DNA of 64,000 nt from Chloropicon primus (Eukaryota): NCBI GenBank assembly GCA_023205875.1, contig CP060760.1, positions 496,001-560,000 on the forward strand, read 5' to 3'. A program made the position numbers and the translations under genes. The notes beneath the pieces were generated by a model. The model was given only the letters and a program-made list of their open reading frames with translations. It was not told where the DNA came from and did not search any database. Positions 20,342 to 30,721 of the stretch are shown here, piece by piece; the first letter of the stretch is position 1; the number at the start of each line of letters is the position of its first letter.

Positions 20342-23300
20342 CTACTCCAACGCCTTCTTGTAGAAGAAGAAGAAGCAAATCAGGCGCAACAGGATGCCGC
20401 TGAGGTACAAGAACAGGACCGCCGTCAGCCAGTTGCTCGGGTCGTATCCGAAAGAGTTCAACTCCAACTTCTCGGCAAAGGAATAGTCCGTGTTCGCCGC
20501 CTCCTCCTGGATGGTCAGGGCCTCCGTGGCCCACCTGTTGTAGGAGGGGAGGACCATCCAGTACAAGAGGGGATTGGAAGCGTCCTGGAGCTCCTTGATG
20601 CTCGGCCCCACTCCATTGAGGACCGCGCCGAACAGGAAAGTGATCGCAACGGAGAGAACGACCGCCGATCTCGGGTTGGTCACGCACGGCATGATCATCC
20701 CCAAACCGCTGCAGGACCACGCCGTGCCGAACGCGATCAGCAGAAAGTCCGCAAAGGTCTGGTTGTACCCCGAGATGTAAAAGAACGGCAGTGTGTAGGC
20801 CAGGCACCTCACCAGGATGTCCACCGCCGTGTTGTAGATGTTCAGCGTCGCAAAGATGGCTCCGGCGTGGACGCCCTCGCTCACTTCCCTTTGTACCATC
20901 GGCAACTCTCTCGATATGAAGAGGGTGGCCCACAGCGAGGAGAGAACTCCCACAAACATCATTCCAACCGTGTTCGCCTGCTTCACCGCCTCAAGGTTCG
21001 AGCCCAGGACGGACCGGTTCACGAATGCGTAGGACACCCCGATGACAGCCATCGAGCCGAAGTCAAGAATCTTGAGCTCCAGCGTCCTCATCATTTTCAG
21101 CGGCTCGCGCTGGAGCAGGTACAGGCACTGCTTCGGGAAACCTGCTGTGGACCGGAAGGCAAACTTGCGCTGCCGGCGGGCCGTGAGCATCTGCTTGAGG
21201 TGAGAGTTCGCATCAAAGCTGCCAAGCAGAGACTTCTGGCTGCCAGAAGATCTCATCCTGCTGGCAAGGTTGTTCATCTCGATGGAGCACTCCAATCCCT
21301 CCTCGTCAACGCAAACTCCCTCCTTGTGGGGAAACAGGCCGAGCAGGGCCGTGGAGAACTCGCGAGTCCAGTAGTTCTTCGTCCACCTCATCAGGAAATC
21401 CTTGCGCATGATCCTCCCGTCCCCGTCCACGTCAAAGTGACGGACGATTTGGTTGGCCTCCTCCAGGGTGCACTGCTGACCCATGGACTGGAGGAACTCC
21501 AGCATGGTGGTGCTGTCGATGTACCCGTCCTGCTGGGCGTCCAGCTGGTCGAATTGCTCCCCGAGGGTCCCGAGCCACCGAGGCGTGGGGACCACGGATT
21601 GCGTCCGTTTCACCCTGCTGCTCTCCTTGCCGCCCTCAAGATCCACGTGCTCGCACGCCTTGACCCCAAGATCAAAGTCCCTGCCCGAAAAGTTCCGGAA
21701 CGACTGGGACCGGGAACTGATCATCGAGTCGTCCTTTGACCTGCCCGTGTCCAGCGCGACGTCCTCAAAGTCCATTCCTTTCGAATCGCAGAACGAGCTC
21801 CGCCTGAAGCGATCGTCTGCTCGCACCTCGTCGTTCCAGAGGGCCACAAGGTCCATCGGAGAGAACCGCTCGTGACCCGGAAGATCGATCAGGCCGGCAA
21901 TCACGTCGAGCATGAAGTCCGCAGGGTTCTCGTTCTCGTGGAGCTTGAACCCAATGTCCCGAAAGTAATCCAAGGCGCCGGACGTGGGACCGCTGTACAC
22001 CACGTAACCCCCCCTCATGAACAAATGAAGGGCATCAAAGAGCAAAAACGTAGAGTAACGAGGCTGGTGGAGAGAAGCAACAACGGTCACACCAAGATCG
22101 CTCATCTTGTTCAAGCTGCTCATCACGTCGTTGGCGGCCACGGCATCGAGGCCAGACGTGGGCTCATCAAGGATCAGGAGACTCGGGCAAGCCACGAGCT
22201 CGAGGCCGATGCTCACCCTCCTCGCCTCGCCTCCCGAGATGGACCCCGCGGGGGACAGGGGGTTGCCGACCTTGGCATTCTGGATGTGATTCAGACCCAG
22301 AACGGTGATGGTGTCCTGGATGATCTCTTTCTTGGTCTGCGCGGAGAGGGAGGGCCCGAGCCTCATCCTGGCGCTGTAAGCGATGTTCTCGTTGACCGTT
22401 AGGATCTCGTGCACCACGTTGTCCTGGGCCACGTACCCAACCCCAAGCTGCACGGCCGTCTCCCTGGCTCTGAGCTTCGTCAAGGATTTGCACATGCTGC
22501 CGCCCCCGCAGCACCCGGACCTCCCCCCGGTGCTGCTCAACAAGTTCACCTTGATGGGGTGATTCTTGAACTCAAACCTGATCTCTCCCCGCGGTTGGGA
22601 GTTCACCGAGAACTTGCCCACCAAGGATTTGAGGAAGGTCGTCTTTCCCGCGCCGCTGGATCCCAGGATCACGTTCAGGGTCGACGCCCGGAACAGCAAA
22701 TTCACCCCCCTGAGAACCAGCTTGCTCTTGCCGTGGGACTTGACCTCCACGCTCAAGTTGTCGACCACGATGTCCACCAGCCTGATGTTCTCGGAGAACC
22801 CCTTGAGGTTCGAGGCGTAAGACATTTGGTCCGAGCCCAGGCCGAGCTTGACGCCGATGGCCTTGAGGAGCGTGGACTGCTTTTCGGCCTTCCTGGCCCT
22901 CCTGAGCACCGACCTCTGAGACACTTTGATCCAGACGGTGAGGACTAGCAGGAGGAGCAGGAAGCACCCGAAGAGCGCCCCCAGCCCGATCACGAGGTAA
23001 AGGGAGATGCCCTGCTTGGCGGTTCCCACTGGACAGCTCGACAGCATGCCGCACTCCTTTGGCTCCTTGCTCTGGACCTCGCAGTAGTGCCCCTCCGGGC
23101 AGGCGACAGCGATCGACGCGGTGGGGCAGTACCACCCGGCTGGGCAGAAGTTCAGCGGGGTGCTCGAGGCCGGCGGGCAGTAGTTGCCCTCGATCGAGAT
23201 GCCACTCATCGAGATGTTGCTGCAGCTGAACGGCTGGTGGCTTCCGAGGGGGCAAAAGTACCCCGAAGGGCACTCGTACGCCGTGGTCGTGTTGGGGCAA

Positions 23301-24064
23301 AAGTACCCGACGGGACAGAGGTTGAGTCTGGCGCTCCCCAGAGCCAGGCCCCCGTCGTGGAGGGTGCCGCTGGGGCACAAGCTCCCCTTCTCGCAAGGCT
23401 CGCACCTGCCGAGAGTTCCTTGGGACGCCAGCGCGAGCTCCAGCGAGGGCATGCACTGGTACCCCGCCTTGCACCTCCCGCTGCACGACTCTGTCGTCAT
23501 GGACAGGCCCGGCGTGAAGTCCTCGTTCCCCAAGTCGCTCTCCGCGAAGATTCCCCCGATGAAGGACAGGTCTGCGCCGTGGGCGGCACGGGGGTCGTTT
23601 CTCCACTTTCGCTGTCTTTGGAAGCTTCCCGTGGGGATGACCACCAGGTCGTCCAGCGTGCAGAACTCCGGATTCTCCTTGGGCTCCCTCTGCGGGAATC
23701 GGCAGCCCTTCTCCACCACCCAGTTTTTCGGGTACCACTGCTTGCGCGTGTCGTCGGGCAGGGTCACCCTGAGTGTCGCCTCGGAAGTCACCTTTGAATA
23801 GTTCGTATTCTTGCCTCCCATCGCGCTGCAGAACAACGGCACGACTCGTTTCCCGCTCTCGCTTTCGCTCTCCCCAACACCCTCCTCCGCGCACAGCGCG
23901 TTCAGGATGTCCGTCTCGAGCTTCTCGTCCAGCTCCGCGTACGTCACCCTGTCCCCGGGCACGAGCTGCGAGCGCCCCAGGACTGCCAGGGACGAGAGGC
24001 AGGACAGGAGCAGCAGCAGCACAGCCGCCGCCGAGGCGCGGCGTTCGGACACCGTCGTCGCCAT
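20342..24064 (-). CDS. ABCG half-transporter, copy 3 (divergent ectodomain)
   Basis: ATG 24064 (MATTVSERR..AVLLLLLSCL signal peptide); core near identical to copies 1 and 2; N-terminal ~150 aa diverged. Confidence 0.93.
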   Translation of the reverse strand: MATTVSERRASAAAVLLLLLSCLSSLAVLGRSQLVPGDRVTYAELDEKLETDILNALCAEEGVGESESESGKRVVPLFCSAMGGKNTNYSKVTSEATLRVTLPDDTRKQWYPKNWVVEKGCRFPQREPKENPEFCTLDDLVVIPTGSFQRQRKWRNDPRAAHGADLSFIGGIFAESDLGNEDFTPGLSMTTESCSGRCKAGYQCMPSLELALASQGTLGRCEPCEKGSLCPSGTLHDGGLALGSARLNLCPVGYFCPNTTTAYECPSGYFCPLGSHQPFSCSNISMSGISIEGNYCPPASSTPLNFCPAGWYCPTASIAVACPEGHYCEVQSKEPKECGMLSSCPVGTAKQGISLYLVIGLGALFGCFLLLLLVLTVWIKVSQRSVLRRARKAEKQSTLLKAIGVKLGLGSDQMSYASNLKGFSENIRLVDIVVDNLSVEVKSHGKSKLVLRGVNLLFRASTLNVILGSSGAGKTTFLKSLVGKFSVNSQPRGEIRFEFKNHPIKVNLLSSTGGRSGCCGGGSMCKSLTKLRARETAVQLGVGYVAQDNVVHEILTVNENIAYSARMRLGPSLSAQTKKEIIQDTITVLGLNHIQNAKVGNPLSPAGSISGGEARRVSIGLELVACPSLLILDEPTSGLDAVAANDVMSSLNKMSDLGVTVVASLHQPRYSTFLLFDALHLFMRGGYVVYSGPTSGALDYFRDIGFKLHENENPADFMLDVIAGLIDLPGHERFSPMDLVALWNDEVRADDRFRRSSFCDSKGMDFEDVALDTGRSKDDSMISSRSQSFRNFSGRDFDLGVKACEHVDLEGGKESSRVKRTQSVVPTPRWLGTLGEQFDQLDAQQDGYIDSTTMLEFLQSMGQQCTLEEANQIVRHFDVDGDGRIMRKDFLMRWTKNYWTREFSTALLGLFPHKEGVCVDEEGLECSIEMNNLASRMRSSGSQKSLLGSFDANSHLKQMLTARRQRKFAFRSTAGFPKQCLYLLQREPLKMMRTLELKILDFGSMAVIGVSYAFVNRSVLGSNLEAVKQANTVGMMFVGVLSSLWATLFISRELPMVQREVSEGVHAGAIFATLNIYNTAVDILVRCLAYTLPFFYISGYNQTFADFLLIAFGTAWSCSGLGMIMPCVTNPRSAVVLSVAITFLFGAVLNGVGPSIKELQDASNPLLYWMVLPSYNRWATEALTIQEEAANTDYSFAEKLELNSFGYDPSNWLTAVLFLYLSGILLRLICFFFFYKKALE

Positions 24065-24174
24065 GCCGCGAGTGAGCGGACGACCGAGAGAATGGCTTTG
24101 CTCCCTTCCTTCTTCTCTGGGGCAGCGATCAATGGCGCAGAGAAGAACACGAGTAACGCACGTAACGCACACAC

Positions 24175-24208
<34 letters not shown>

Positions 24209-24659
24209 TTTCAGTTCAGAGCTCTCCGACACCCCCCCGGGAAAGACTTCCTGGCGCGATGCTCGCCATCGCAGGCCTCTTCCCGCCAAACGCCGCGCCC
24301 CACCTTTTCCCTCCCGTCTTGTTGGGAGAAACCAAGAAGGTTGTTCGCGCCCTCGTTTCCCTTCACCAGGTACGGGACGACGAAGAAAAGTAAAAGTAAA
24401 AAAGAAGAAAAAAGAAAAAAAAAGCGCCACTCGAAACGCTCTCCTCTTCCTCTCTTGCCCCTCCGCCTCCGCCTCCGTTGTCGTCTTCTTCTCGTGTGTT
24501 TTTCTCTCGAGACGACGACGACCCCAAGGTGGGGCTCCTCGTTCGTCGATTCGATGGCCATCATTCTTGGTTCGCACGAAGTGTACGAGTCGTATTCGAG
24601 GTGTGAAAAAACGTAACGGCCGAGCTTGCCCCTCTCAGGCATTGAGGAAGGGGAAGGGT

Positions 24660-26588
24660 ATGTTCTGTCGTTTGGTTTGCGGGAGGAAAGGGGATGAGAT
24701 GAGAGTGTTGGGTGTTGGGCACCGTAAGTATCGCCAAAAGGGCCTGGCTGTCGTCGGGGGATCACGCAGATCTACCCGTGGTCGTTGGCGTCGTCGCTGC
24801 GATGCCTCGGCGGGGGATGTTCCTCCACCTCCACCTCCTGCTCCTTCCTCTTCCTCTCGAGCTCGAGTGCTGGACACTTGGAGGAGGGCTCAGGCCGTCT
24901 GCTTCGACGTCGACTGCACGGTGTGCAAGGACGATTCCCTCGACGCGCTGGCGGGGTTCCTGGGGAAGAGTGAGGAGGTCGAGGCATGGACGACGAAGGC
25001 GATGGACGGGTCGACGAGCCTCCTCAAGTCCCTGGAGGAGAGGATGAGGATCCTGGACCCGAGCCCGAGCGACGTGAGGGCGTACCTGGAGACCGCGCCA
25101 GCTCGGGAGAGGCTGTGCGAGGGCGTCGAGGAGCTTGTGGGGGCCCTGCACGAGAGGGGCGTCGCCGTGTACCTGATCTCCGGGGGGTTTAGGGAGATGG
25201 CCATCCCGGTGGCCAGGGCCCTTGGGGTCGAGTCGAAGAACGTGTACGCCAACCGGATGCTGTTCACGTCCGACGACGAGACGGGCCTCCCGACAAAGTT
25301 CGCGGGCTTCGACAGGAGCGAGCCGACCTGCAGGCAGGGCGGCAAGCCGCAGGTGATCAGGGAGCTCCGGAAGATCCACCCCTACGAGACCGTGGTTATG
25401 GTCGGGGACGGGATCACAGACTTGGAGGCCGCCTCCGAGGCGGACGGCGCCGATTGCTTCATAGGCTTCGCCGGCGTGGTGCTGCGGCCGGAGGTCCAGA
25501 AGGGCGCCGACCTCGTTGTCTTTGACTTCGGCACCCTGACCAGGGAGCTGAAGAGGCACAAGGTTTGCTTCTTGGGGTCCGGAGCCTGGGCCTGCGCGGC
25601 TGCCAAGCTGGCCTCGGAGAACACCTCCAGGCTCGACACCTTCGAGACCACGATCGAGATGTGGGTCTACGAGGAGACCTACGAGGGCCGGCCGCTGACG
25701 GAGGCAATCAACGAGACTCACGTGAACCCAAAGTACTTGCCGGGGGTCTCCCTGGGGGGGAACGTCCACGCGGAGCCCGACCTTGAAACTGCCGTCAAGG
25801 GATCCGACCTCGTGGTGTTCTGTGTTCCACACGAATTCGCTCTCGGCCTGTGCAACAAGCTGGAAGGCCTCCTAGACAAGGACGCGGCCGTCATCAGCCT
25901 TACCAAAGGCATGCGAATTCGACCAGAGGGGCCACAGCTAATTAGCGAGATGCTGAGGAAAAAGCTCGGGCGGGACTGCTCGGTGCTGATGGGGGCGAAC
26001 ATCGCATCCGAGATTGGCCAAGGCCAGCTCAGCGAGGCAACCATAGGGTACGCCCGGGCCGACAACGGCAAGATCTTCCGCGATCTGTTCCAGACGCCCT
26101 CCTTCATAGTCACCCTTGTCCCGGATGTGGAAGGGGCGGAGATGGCGGGGACGCTCAAGAACATCGTTGCAGTCGGCGCCGGCTTTTCTGACGGCCTCGG
26201 GTACGGGAGCAACACGAAAGCGGCTATCATCCGGCAAGGCTTGTCCGAGATCAAAGAACTGTCCACCAGAATGTTTCCCTCCGTACGGCCGGAGACTTTC
26301 CTAGAGTCCTGCGGGGTCGCCGATCTCGTGGCGTCTTGTTACGGAGGACGAAACAGGAAAGTGGCCGAAACATTTGCCAAGGAAAGGGGGGAAAGGACGA
26401 TGGAGGAGCTCGCGGACGACCTCCTGGGGGGTCAGCGGCTGCAGGGCGCCCTCACCGCCGAGGAGGTGTACTCCGTGCTCGAGGTCAAGGGTTGGGTTGC
26501 CGATTTCCCTCTCTTCTCCACCGTGCACGGCATCATCGTTGGACAACTCCCGGTGGAATCCATCACAAGCTTCATGGGTTCTGGTTAA
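24660..26588 (+). CDS. Bifunctional phosphoserine-phosphatase-like HAD / NAD-dependent glycerol-3-phosphate dehydrogenase, plastid-targeted
   Basis: HAD motifs FDVDCT, LISGGF, GKPQV, VGDGITD, fused to GPDH (LGSGAWA, MWVYEE, NPKYLPG, LMGANIA, GTLKNIVA, SCYGGRN); Arg-rich transit peptide; start is 24660 or the next Met. Confidence 0.93.
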   Translation: MFCRLVCGRKGDEMRVLGVGHRKYRQKGLAVVGGSRRSTRGRWRRRCDASAGDVPPPPPPAPSSSSRARVLDTWRRAQAVCFDVDCTVCKDDSLDALAGFLGKSEEVEAWTTKAMDGSTSLLKSLEERMRILDPSPSDVRAYLETAPARERLCEGVEELVGALHERGVAVYLISGGFREMAIPVARALGVESKNVYANRMLFTSDDETGLPTKFAGFDRSEPTCRQGGKPQVIRELRKIHPYETVVMVGDGITDLEAASEADGADCFIGFAGVVLRPEVQKGADLVVFDFGTLTRELKRHKVCFLGSGAWACAAAKLASENTSRLDTFETTIEMWVYEETYEGRPLTEAINETHVNPKYLPGVSLGGNVHAEPDLETAVKGSDLVVFCVPHEFALGLCNKLEGLLDKDAAVISLTKGMRIRPEGPQLISEMLRKKLGRDCSVLMGANIASEIGQGQLSEATIGYARADNGKIFRDLFQTPSFIVTLVPDVEGAEMAGTLKNIVAVGAGFSDGLGYGSNTKAAIIRQGLSEIKELSTRMFPSVRPETFLESCGVADLVASCYGGRNRKVAETFAKERGERTMEELADDLLGGQRLQGALTAEEVYSVLEVKGWVADFPLFSTVHGIIVGQLPVESITSFMGSG

Positions 26589-26648
26589 GAGGCCGAAAAA
26601 GGGAACCTTTAAAGCATATAAAACCATTTTTTTTACATTACACGTCGT

Positions 26649-27960
26649 TTACTTCTTCTTGGGCATTCGGTATCCGCCCACCACGATCGCGTGGTCTCTC
26701 TCGTAAGGCTCCAAAGTGAGCTGCTCCGATGGCTTGAAGTTCTCCTCTTGGAGCTTCTTGACCTCCCTGGCGAAGACGGCCTCCGCTGGGACGGTGGAGT
26801 CAATGCAGTTCGCCTTAATGGAGATGACAAAGTGACCCTCGTTCTTCAAGAAGTAGTGGGAGTTGATCGCCACGATACGGGCCTGGTCCGGCTGGGCCAC
26901 ATCGGCGAACACGCAGTCCACCATTCCGACGATCATCCTGTACTTGGCTGGGTGCCTGGCGTCCTCGATGATTGGCACGATGTTTGGCCTCTTCTTGGCC
27001 ATGTTCACGAGGTCTCTTCCACTCCTGTGGGAGAACTCAACGGCGTAGACGACTCCCTCTGGGCCGACGATGTCGGACACGTGCGAGACCGTGGTTCCCG
27101 AGGCCGCACCAAGGTAGAGCACCTTCGATCCAGGCTTCATCCAGATGGAGTCCAAGCCTCCCAAGATACCCGCTCCGAGCTTTGACCTGAAGGGGTTCCA
27201 CACCCTGTACTCCACCTTGTCCCCCTCGTTCTCCACGGAAACTCTCTTCTCCCCGTAGACGGACTCTCCTGGGACCATGTTCTTGGTACAGAGAGCATCC
27301 TCCTTTCCTCTCGCGATGTACACACCCTCGTGCCTGTGCTGTGTGACGGCCACCTTGGCTCCACCTCTCATGCCACCTCCCCTTCCTCCCCTTCCTCCGC
27401 CACGTCCACCGCGTCCTCCCCTTCCACCGCCACCACGTCCTCCTCTTCCTCCTCTTCCGCCGCGTGGCGAACCCCTGAATCCTCCTCTCCCTCCTCTCCC
27501 TCTAGGAGAGCCAAACTGGTGAGGGCAATCATAACCGCGATTGATTGACACCAACGACGACGGTCACGACATTGACAACGATGCAGCAGCAGCAGCAGCA
27601 GATGATGATGATGTTGATGATGATGGAGAAGAAAAAAAGTCAGCATGACACACAGGACACGACGACCTCCAAAAGACAGCCACGAGGCCAGGAAGCTCGA
27701 AGAGAAGGGGGAGGACTCGCAATTGGACTCGACCCTTGAATCGAATTGCGAACCTCTCCCTCCTCCCAACACCCCACGCGTGACCACGCCCAAGACGTCA
27801 ACGCATGGAGAGGACTCCACCCGAAACCAAAAAAAGGGGAGACCTCTGTTATGTTTTTTTTTTCTTTTTCTTTTATCCGCGCGCTTACCTTACTGACCCC
27901 TCCCCTTGGAGAGAATCCTCCACGCCCCTGGGGCCTCCCCCCCCTCGGTGTGTACGCCAT
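26649..27960 (-). CDS. FBL: Fibrillarin (rRNA 2'-O-methyltransferase), 2 exons
   Basis: RGG-rich GAR domain, [41 protein letters not shown]; exon 1 27960-27889 (or to 27898 with a GTCAGT donor), exon 2 27515-26649. Confidence 0.97.
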
Positions 27961-28226
27961 TCCTCGTGTGCTTTTGGGTGCTCTCTCCTTGTTAAGCTCC
28001 TAACCCTTCCGCCACCGGCAGACGACGATCTCCTCCTGGTTTCGCCTCTTCGCCTCGGCTGCTGAGCGCCGCCAGGGAACCTTTCCATATGGAAATATCG
28101 TCAAAAACATTCCCAAATGGAAATCTCTCCACACCGGATCAAAACCACCCACACACAACACAAGAGGAGAAGAAGGGTGACCTCACGACCGACCGAGAAG
28201 GTGAGGTGGGAGAGAGGGAGAGGCCG

Positions 28227-28521
28227 GGGAAGGGGTGGAGGGGTTACGATCAGTGGAAGCATTGTTTTGTGATCTTTCGAACGACTACTCGCTTGAAAGG
28301 AATGACCCAGTTTTGAGCATTCGAGAGACTGAAACGTTTGGACTGTTTTAAGCTTCTGAGAGAGAGGAGGTGAGTGGGAGGGAGAGGGAGAGTCTCTCTG
28401 GGTCAGCAGGGAAGGAGTGGAGGGGTTACGACCAGTGGAAGCATTGTTTTGTGATCTTTGGAATGACTACTTGTTTGAAAGGAATGACCCAGTTTTGAGC
28501 ATTCGAGAGACTGAAACGTTT
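28227..28521 (+). repeat. Tandem 182-bp-period duplication with a 113-bp conserved core (possible ncRNA pair)
   Basis: 28227-28339 versus 28409-28521, six substitutions. Confidence 0.9.
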
Positions 28522-28553
28522 TGTTCTCCCTCCTCGAAGAGAGTGTCTTGAGG

Positions 28554-30614
28554 ATGTCGTCGCTCCTCCTCCTGGTGCTCTGCGTCCTTGCGCTTGCTGC
28601 TGATCCGGGCTTCGGGCTCCGGCAGTCGGAATCCGGCTTGCCGACCTCGCCGAACGACCTGCAGAACCGCATCGTGACCGAGTTCACGACCGCTTCGGCG
28701 TGCGTTCTCCTCTTGCACACGAAGGGCCAGTCAGGGTGCTATGGTCGGACGTCGAAAGCGCCCCTGCGCTACTACGCGGACTACGCTGGGAAGGAGGAAC
28801 CTGTGGTGCTCGTCGTGGAGGAGGAAGAAGTCCCCCACTTCCTGGAGAACTTGGTCGAGGAGGGATCCCCTCTCGCCAAAGGGGTGAGGGGGGCCCTGAT
28901 CATCAGGAGGGGGGACGGCCTGGGCAGGCCTTCGAGCTTCTCCCCAGAGGAGCGGTTCCCGGACGGAAACTTCGCGCCTTACGACGACAAGACCTACGCC
29001 TGGAACCCCAACGGGCTTGACCTGCTGAGGACGGGCAAGGCCATGCCGCCGCTGTACGCCCTCTCGGTGGAGGAGTCGGAGGCCTTCAGGGAGATGGTCG
29101 ACTGGAACAAGAACGAGGGGTACAGCTACCCGCAGTACGTGGCGGACTTGACGACGGAGATGCTCGCGGCCGAGGAGGCCAACAGCTTCGAGTGCCTGGA
29201 CAAGAGCACGTGCCTGCCGATCGGGGGGTACACCGTCGCCTCGACCCTTCCGCCGTCGGCGGCAGCATCTTCCCCGGGCCAAGACTGCGTGCTCGTTCTG
29301 GCCCAGGTCGGCAACAGCAACATCTTCCACGGACTTAACAAGGGGGCAGAGGCGTCCATCTCCGGGCTGGTGGCAGCCGCTGCTGCATACGAAGCCGTGG
29401 CGAGGGCAGTCAAATCGTCAGGGGAGGCGCCGAAGAGGAGGCTGGCCTTTGGTTTGATCGGGAGCGAGGGATACGGGTTGGCCGGGTCGAGGAGGCTGGC
29501 GCACAACCTCAAGAACGAATCGTATTCGCTCGGGGGCTGCTCCAGGAAGGACATCTCTTACATTGTCGAGGTCGGCCCGGTGGGTCTGGCGGCGGCAAAG
29601 GACTCGTCCAAGGAGTATTACTTGCACATGACCCCCGAAGCTGAGCAGGACAACGCCACAGTGTTCGACATCTTCAAGACAGCCGCCGCGGGTGTAGAGG
29701 GCGCTGTTGATGTGGAAAAGCCAACGGGGACGCCGGGCATACCCCCGAGCTCTTTGATGTCTTTTCAGAACCCGAATTCCGATGGCAAATCAATCCCAGG
29801 CTTGGTGCTGACCGACTACGACCAAAGAATCTCCAACAGGTACCTTTCCAGTTACATGGACGATGCGACCAACGTGGACATTTCCTCCGTGTATTCCGCC
29901 TCGAATCTGTTGTCGAGGGCGTTGTACATGCTCGCTTCGGACTCTTCCGCGGACTCCATCAAGATTGACGGGGACCTGCTCAACTCGACGGTCCACGCGA
30001 TGTCAGATTGCTTGCTGACCTCAAAGCCAGGGCTGCAGTGCCCTTTGGTCCAGCAGATCGCGGACAGCTCCTTGACACAGGCCTCGTTTTATCCCGGGGT
30101 GGTTTCTTACCAGGTGCAGAACGACCAGAGTCCAAACGACAAGACAGATCTGATGCGATTTTTGTGGGGTTTCTTGGCGACTCGTTCCGAGGGCTTGGAG
30201 GACGTGAAGAAAATTGCGGGCGCCCCGCACTGCGACTTTCCCTCTGGAAAGCGGAAGTGTGAGAGCGAGCAAGAAGTTTGCGTGCGGTGGAAGTCAGCCG
30301 AAAAAGGAGCGAACGGGAGATGCGTTGCTGCGAGTGTTCAGTACATCCCCGCCTGGTCTCACCATCTCGCGTACAAGGTGAACAAGGACGGTTATGGCAA
30401 GTGGGGGGTCGATGGGACCGTCGACACCGTCAGCGACGAGATCTGGACAGAGAGCTACTGGCCCCCCGATTCTCCCAGCGCGCTTGTCTACCTGAGCGAA
30501 GGCTTTCTCTACGAGTGTGTCATGTTCTTCGTTGGACTGGGGCTCACCCTGTCGTGGTTCTGGGCGATGAAGAAGGCGAACACCAAAATCGACAAGGAGA
30601 TGAAGCAGTGGTGA
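28554..30614 (+). CDS. NCSTN: Nicastrin (gamma-secretase subunit)
   Basis: Signal peptide, C..L....GQSGC, WNPNG, CLPIGGY, GIPPSSL, WTESYW, single C-terminal TM. Confidence 0.9.
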   Translation: MSSLLLLVLCVLALAADPGFGLRQSESGLPTSPNDLQNRIVTEFTTASACVLLLHTKGQSGCYGRTSKAPLRYYADYAGKEEPVVLVVEEEEVPHFLENLVEEGSPLAKGVRGALIIRRGDGLGRPSSFSPEERFPDGNFAPYDDKTYAWNPNGLDLLRTGKAMPPLYALSVEESEAFREMVDWNKNEGYSYPQYVADLTTEMLAAEEANSFECLDKSTCLPIGGYTVASTLPPSAAASSPGQDCVLVLAQVGNSNIFHGLNKGAEASISGLVAAAAAYEAVARAVKSSGEAPKRRLAFGLIGSEGYGLAGSRRLAHNLKNESYSLGGCSRKDISYIVEVGPVGLAAAKDSSKEYYLHMTPEAEQDNATVFDIFKTAAAGVEGAVDVEKPTGTPGIPPSSLMSFQNPNSDGKSIPGLVLTDYDQRISNRYLSSYMDDATNVDISSVYSASNLLSRALYMLASDSSADSIKIDGDLLNSTVHAMSDCLLTSKPGLQCPLVQQIADSSLTQASFYPGVVSYQVQNDQSPNDKTDLMRFLWGFLATRSEGLEDVKKIAGAPHCDFPSGKRKCESEQEVCVRWKSAEKGANGRCVAASVQYIPAWSHHLAYKVNKDGYGKWGVDGTVDTVSDEIWTESYWPPDSPSALVYLSEGFLYECVMFFVGLGLTLSWFWAMKKANTKIDKEMKQW

Positions 30615-30721
30615 TGACGGTGGGTGGTTTTTTTGGTTGTATATGATATAGAATGTATGTATGTTGTACAGGAAGTGAAAACACGTTCGCACACGCCCCG
30701 GCCTGCTCGCTCGCTCTCGCC

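Larger units (their letters stand above)
11416..24064. repeat. Tandem segmental triplication, unit ~4.45 kb
   Basis: Copy 1 to 2 offset 4452 bp and copy 2 to 3 offset 4471 bp in the core; spacers 15148-15870 and 19600-20341 are also homologous. Confidence 0.95.

Noticed and set aside
23811..24659. Long overlapping N-terminal extensions of the GPDH ORF (925 aa) and ABCG copy 3 (1411 aa)
   Set aside because: They begin at non-ATG or distant starts and run through microsatellite-rich promoter DNA; credible starts are 24660 and 24064
30612..30617. TGA TGA after nicastrin as possible selenocysteine or readthrough
   Set aside because: The protein is complete at that point and no SECIS-like element is seen
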